Of a DNA stretch of 29,868 nt, positions 25,576 through 29,868 are shown one piece after another. A program made the position numbers and the translations under genes. Positions within the stretch are counted from its first letter, which is position 1; each line of letters opens with the position of its first letter. The stretch covers positions 1-29,868 of IMG/VR virus record IMGVR_UViG_3300020044_001227; one strand, 5' to 3'. A model generated the notes under the pieces. That model was not told the DNA's origin and did not search any database. It saw nothing but the letters and a program-made list of their open reading frames with translations. This DNA is from a virus. Its lineage: Duplodnaviria; Caudoviricetes.

Positions 25576-25986
25576 TTATGCAGCGCGGCTGATGCCACGC
25601 GGGTCCTCGACAACGGCCTCAACCGAATCATCGTTGATGATGCGGAACTCGCGACCGTGGATTTTCAAGCGGGTGCCTGAATTGGGGCGCACGATGACGA
25701 AGTCACCTTGCTTGCAGCTCGGCCCGTTAGGGAATCGGGTTTTGTCTGCATAGGCATCCGGGCCAAGCTTGACCACAAACAGAACGGGAGTCAGGACCTC
25801 CTCGTAGTGCATGGACTGGCCAGCTTTAATGATGCCCACTTCGCTGTCCGCATACTCTTCCATTGCTTCCGGTACGACGCACAGAAGGCGAAAGGTTTTT
25901 GGGTCAGGCAATTGCTTGGCTTTGTCCTCGGTGTTCTTGTTCAGAATACCTGATAGGTCAACCGCCGAAGCGTCAAATTCAGTCAT
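25576..25986 (-). CDS. groES: GroES/Cpn10-like co-chaperonin
   Basis: Start reassigned to MTEFD (ATG 25986). P-x3-RLL...GII (mobile loop)...VVKLGP...KQGDFV...GT...IHGREFRIINDDSVEAVVE follows the Cpn10 pattern. Confidence 0.8.
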   Translation of the reverse strand: MTEFDASAVDLSGILNKNTEDKAKQLPDPKTFRLLCVVPEAMEEYADSEVGIIKAGQSMHYEEVLTPVLFVVKLGPDAYADKTRFPNGPSCKQGDFVIVRPNSGTRLKIHGREFRIINDDSVEAVVEDPRGISRAA

Positions 25987-26176
25987 CAGACTTCTCCATT
26001 TTGTGCACAAGGTCGTTAATGATGTCCTCTGCTTGCTTTAGACCTTGGATAAGCCCGCAGAGGTGTTTGTATTCAGCATGGTCCTTGGCGTTGCCGCGGC
26101 TGACCGCGTCTTCGTAAGAGCCACGCTGTTCTACAAGTTGTTTGACCGTATAGGCCAGAATCTGATAGTCCTTCAT
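25979..26176 (-). CDS. Small helical hypothetical protein
   Basis: 65 aa with AAGGAG RBS, overlapping both neighbours. Confidence 0.75.
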   Translation of the reverse strand: MKDYQILAYTVKQLVEQRGSYEDAVSRGNAKDHAEYKHLCGLIQGLKQAEDIINDLVHKMEKSDD

Positions 26177-28674
26177 TTGCTCTCCTTCTTAGGAGGTTTG
26201 TTGCTCTGGTTGGCTTGCTGACGTGCTTGCTGCGCCATCTGAGCTTTGTGCTTAGCTGCGTCAAGCCCCATGCGGACACCGTCGGCCTCCATCTGTTGCT
26301 TGAGTCTGTCGCGTGCAGCGGCAGCGGTGGCACCCACCTGCATGGCCGCGATTTCCTTCTGCGCCTCGATGCGAGCCTCCTCGACACGAATCTGGTCGGC
26401 CTTGGCCGCGGCGTCGATCTGTTGCTTCTGCTCTTTGAGCTTGAGCTCTTGCTGCTTGATCTGAAGTTCTTGCTGTTGTATCTGGACCACTGGGTCTTGC
26501 GCTTGCTGTTGAGCTTGTTGTTGGGCCGCTTGCTGCTGGTCGCGCTGCAAAATTTGCTGCGATGCTTGCGCTGCCATCATGGCAATCTTGTCGGCCAGCT
26601 CTGGGGAAACCTGCTTGTTCTGCTCCTCGGTCGGCAGTGGCATACCCATCGCCATCTCGACCTGCTTGCGCATCTCCAGTGCAATGTGCTCGTTGATGTG
26701 CGCCATCGCTGCGGCCATGATGCTTTGCGCTGCGGGGTTCATCTGCAGCAACTGCTGGACCTTGGGGCTCTGGATTGCAGCCATGTGCACTTGGATGTGC
26801 GCCTCGTGGTTCTGTTGGATAAACGCCTTGACCGGCTTGCCATTGAGCACCGCTTGGTTCTCTGACACTGGGTCCACAGGAATTGCATCTTCCTCCATAG
26901 GTACAAGCTTGGAAGCATTCTTGATACCCAACACCTCGATCATCTGGCGGTGCAGGAGCGGCAAGTTGTACAAGTTCGGTGCGCTCTGGGCCAGCTGCAG
27001 CACTGCCTGATACTGAACGATCTTCTGCGCCATTGTGGCCGCGTTGGGGTCGCTCACAGGGATCACGTCCACCAAATCGTAGTCGGCTTTCTTCACCGAA
27101 CGATCACCGTCCTCCGGCTCGTAGTCGTACGCATCTGGGGTGTAGTCAGCGATGATGACCTTCAGGAGTTTGAACTCCATCTTCATGGCGTAGTGCAGGC
27201 GAGCCTGAACCGCGGTCATCACCTTCAGTGTGCGCTCAAGGATGGCCAGAGTGGTACCCACTGGGGCTTGCGACGACATGTCGCTCACCTTCATGTCACC
27301 GCTGGATGCAAACGCACGGCCTTCTTGGACTATACGGTCGAATAGGGTGTACAGAACCTGACTCGGCTCTTTGTACGGCAATGGCAGGATGTTGTCACGG
27401 ATTGAGCCGGAGGGCACATCCACGTCTCGGAACTCACCGGGAGCGATCGGGGTGTCGTCACCTTTGATTCGGAGGCCACGGGACTTGAGGCCCCCGGGGA
27501 GGTTTGACAACGTGCCAGCATCAACAAGCTGACGAATAAGCATAGTGGCAGACTTAGCATACCCACCAATGAGGTGGATGAGGCCGTAGCCGTAGAAGCC
27601 AAAACCGGGGATGTATTGGTAGTGGACGAAGTGCTGTCGTTTTGTGTGGAGCTCGTCGCCTTCATACCAATTCCTACGAATAGCCAAGATTTTCCCAGTA
27701 CCCTTCTCAACCGTCACCACGTATGGCAGTGCGATCCCCGTGGGCTTTTTGTCTTTGCCCTTGTGCTCGAAACCTTTGAGGTCCAAGTCAATGTGCATCT
27801 CAAGAATACGGAACCGCTCGTCGTGCGTAGCGGTCATGCCCATCTCTTCGGCCTTCTGCTTCTCGATGTCATCGAGCTCGTTTGATGGCTCGCCCAAGTC
27901 CACGTCACAGTAGAACCCAGCGTCCTGCAACTTCAGAATCTCGTTCGGTGATTTCCGCATGACGTGCGTGACACGCTCGGCAGACTCAAGGTTCGACGCG
28001 CCATACGGCACAACGATGTCCTCGGCAGGAATGAACATCGCTGCTTGGCGTCCTTTGCTCGGGTCGTAGTAGACCTTCTTGAACGCGCTACCCGCCAGTG
28101 GCAAGTTCCACAACAGCTTCTCATGCTCGGGGCGATACTCAGTCATCACCTCGGTGAGCTGGTAGTTCATGTCCTCGCGTACGCGGGTGGCTGCGTCCTG
28201 CACCTGTGGGGTGTCTTTGCCAATGATGTTGGTCTTGACTGGCCCCTGCGCTGGGAACGTCTCGGTCATGGCTTCTGACTGAAACCTTACAACGGACTCG
28301 GTCAGCATGGGGTGGAACACGCCGCACGCGCCTTGCCATGGCTCGGTACGATCTTCGTACTTCAGCCCCAGCAGCTTCAGGCCATCCACATACGTCTGCA
28401 TCCACTCTTTGCGATCGCCAATGTCTTTGGTGAAATCACTGATCAGCTCGGAGCCCAGCGACTGCAGCTCGCGCTCGTCCATGAACTCCGCTAAGTTGGA
28501 GTTGAAGTCTTCGGCAGTGCTTTCTTTCGGCTCGATCTCCAGTTCAAAATCACCAATGCCAATAGAGACACTCTCGGGGTCCTCGACCTCAATCTCAATC
28601 GGGGGGCCTGACATGCCGCCAATCATGTCCTCTAAACCCATTGGAGCTGCGTACAAACCTTTTTCCATTGCCAT
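26173..28674 (-). CDS. Portal protein (P22-like, with Q-rich C-terminal coiled coil)
   Basis: 833 aa directly after the terminase. PWQGACGVFHP, GSAFKKVYYD, FYGYGLIHLIG, long helical Q/A/E/K tail. Confidence 0.85.
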   Translation of the reverse strand: MAMEKGLYAAPMGLEDMIGGMSGPPIEIEVEDPESVSIGIGDFELEIEPKESTAEDFNSNLAEFMDERELQSLGSELISDFTKDIGDRKEWMQTYVDGLKLLGLKYEDRTEPWQGACGVFHPMLTESVVRFQSEAMTETFPAQGPVKTNIIGKDTPQVQDAATRVREDMNYQLTEVMTEYRPEHEKLLWNLPLAGSAFKKVYYDPSKGRQAAMFIPAEDIVVPYGASNLESAERVTHVMRKSPNEILKLQDAGFYCDVDLGEPSNELDDIEKQKAEEMGMTATHDERFRILEMHIDLDLKGFEHKGKDKKPTGIALPYVVTVEKGTGKILAIRRNWYEGDELHTKRQHFVHYQYIPGFGFYGYGLIHLIGGYAKSATMLIRQLVDAGTLSNLPGGLKSRGLRIKGDDTPIAPGEFRDVDVPSGSIRDNILPLPYKEPSQVLYTLFDRIVQEGRAFASSGDMKVSDMSSQAPVGTTLAILERTLKVMTAVQARLHYAMKMEFKLLKVIIADYTPDAYDYEPEDGDRSVKKADYDLVDVIPVSDPNAATMAQKIVQYQAVLQLAQSAPNLYNLPLLHRQMIEVLGIKNASKLVPMEEDAIPVDPVSENQAVLNGKPVKAFIQQNHEAHIQVHMAAIQSPKVQQLLQMNPAAQSIMAAAMAHINEHIALEMRKQVEMAMGMPLPTEEQNKQVSPELADKIAMMAAQASQQILQRDQQQAAQQQAQQQAQDPVVQIQQQELQIKQQELKLKEQKQQIDAAAKADQIRVEEARIEAQKEIAAMQVGATAAAARDRLKQQMEADGVRMGLDAAKHKAQMAQQARQQANQSNKPPKKESK

Positions 28675-28683
28675 GATGTGTCC

Positions 28684-29868
28684 TTAGACTGTGTAGAACC
28701 GATCCCTACGGGGACCCTTAAACCATTGAATTTCCTCGGGCTCGTCCACCGGCAAGCGCAAGAACCCACCTTGGCGGAACCGCATAAGGGCCAAAGTAGT
28801 AGCGTCAACCAAGTCATCGTGCTCACCGGAGGGAAACGCAGCGATCTCATCGACCAACTCTTCCGCCCAGCGCGTACGGGGAACCCACACTTTCCCACTG
28901 GCAATTATGTCTGAGACTGAGTTCAAGCGGGCGATTTTGTCCTGCCCCTTGCTTGGCGTGTACTCTTGGACCGGTATGCCCATCGCCCTCAACTCATAGA
29001 TCAAAGGTGCACCCGTGGCCTTCTTCTCAATCAACAGGCCGTCGGGCTCGTACTCCCGGTACTCAGCGAGCACGTCTTTCTTGAGGTCAACCCACTCGAC
29101 GCGCTTCTTATATGTGTTGAGCAAGATGATGTTCTTGGACTGATCCTTGTGGTGAGTGAACACCCCCCACGTCGTGCCAGCCGAATAGTCGGCCCGCTGG
29201 TGTTTCTCAAACGCCGTGTCCCAAGTCTGCAGGATGTACTCGCACTCTGGCGGGCGATCCTCCTCCCACCACTGCCACCAGTCACGCTTGACGATCGCGG
29301 ACTCGTTGCCCACCGGGTTCTGCTGGTACTGCGCCTGCCACTTACTATTAGGCAGTTCTTCCTTCAGCGCCTCCAGCTCCTCGATGGACCAAAACTGTGG
29401 CCACAGCGGGTTGCCCGATGGCAGGATGGCTGGGAACTCAATGACCTCCCACTCTTCGCCCGATCGCTGAGCCGCAGACTTGAGCACCTGACCGGTCAAA
29501 TCTCTCTGGGCCCAGCGCGTCATCACCATAATGATCGCCCCACCCGGCTGCAGACGCTGACGTGGACCTGACGTATACCACTCGTACACTTTGTCATACA
29601 CGTCGGGGTTGGTCGCCGCCATCGCAGCTTCTTGTTCTGAGTGCGGGTCGTCAATGATGAGCACGTCGGCACCCTTACCGGTCACCGTACCGCCCACACC
29701 GATCGCAAAATAGTCACCGCCCTTGGATGTGTTCCACCGCCCCGCAGCTTTGGAGTCGGTTGAGAGCGACAGCTCAGGAAACACATCGTGGTACGTCTCG
29801 GTGTCCACCAAGTTACGCACCTTACGGCCAAAGCCTACCGCCAGCTCGCCCGTGTTCGAGCACTGAAT
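28684..29868 (-). CDS. terL: Terminase large subunit, 5' end outside window
   Basis: Frame stays open to the window edge (IQCSNTGELAVGFGRKVRNL). Walker B region TGKGADVLIIDDPH, motif III MTRW, nuclease residues WDTAF, IEKKATG and HDDLVD. Confidence 0.93.
   Translation of the reverse strand: MQCSNTGELAVGFGRKVRNLVDTETYHDVFPELSLSTDSKAAGRWNTSKGGDYFAIGVGGTVTGKGADVLIIDDPHSEQEAAMAATNPDVYDKVYEWYTSGPRQRLQPGGAIIMVMTRWAQRDLTGQVLKSAAQRSGEEWEVIEFPAILPSGNPLWPQFWSIEELEALKEELPNSKWQAQYQQNPVGNESAIVKRDWWQWWEEDRPPECEYILQTWDTAFEKHQRADYSAGTTWGVFTHHKDQSKNIILLNTYKKRVEWVDLKKDVLAEYREYEPDGLLIEKKATGAPLIYELRAMGIPVQEYTPSKGQDKIARLNSVSDIIASGKVWVPRTRWAEELVDEIAAFPSGEHDDLVDATTLALMRFRQGGFLRLPVDEPEEIQWFKGPRRDRFYTV

Noticed and set aside
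22235-25680. Long plus-strand ORFs (22235-23206, 23187-24221, 24772-25680), also 18658-19518, 4041-4844 and 7628-8323
   Set aside because: Antisense to well-supported genes. Expected from codon bias at this GC content and no recognisable motifs.
12703-26010. Longer ORF-track starts (13380, 14855, 16462, 16901, 17987, 26010)
   Set aside because: They overlap upstream genes. Downstream ATGs with an RBS or tight stop-start coupling fit better.
1-29868. Alternative genetic code, tRNA genes, integrase/att sites, specific host assignment
   Set aside because: Genes tile densely under the standard code, and no cloverleaf or recombinase was seen. A proteobacterial host is plausible but cannot be established from this window.

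Overview
Window from a tailed dsDNA phage (podovirus-like, P22/T7-style short tail) holding most of the morphogenesis operon. All credible genes are on the minus strand. Reading in transcription order (right to left): terminase large subunit (truncated by the window edge), portal, GroES-like co-chaperonin, scaffold, capsid-associated proteins and major capsid protein. Next come a free-standing GIY-YIG homing endonuclease with its own promoter, a structured 5' leader plus a putative decoration gene, and an 875-aa beta-repeat virion protein. These are followed by small basic K/G/M-rich proteins, head-tail adaptors, tail fibres, a cupin, holin and GH108 endolysin, a tail nozzle, and internal/ejection proteins flanking a GNAT acyltransferase. 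Three real genes missing from the ORF track were translated by hand (<1-1043, 12509-12688, 15987-16166). I saw no tRNA, CRISPR array, integrase or reverse transcriptase. The strongest leads are (i) an interlocked-helix RNA leader at 21280-21355, (ii) a recurring [MYFL]-[AK]-x-G-G tag in putative capsid-internal proteins and (iii) a shared ADG-x-A-x-[KR]-GKT module and C-terminal Cys in small basic proteins. Product calls rest on motif recognition and gene order, not database searches.
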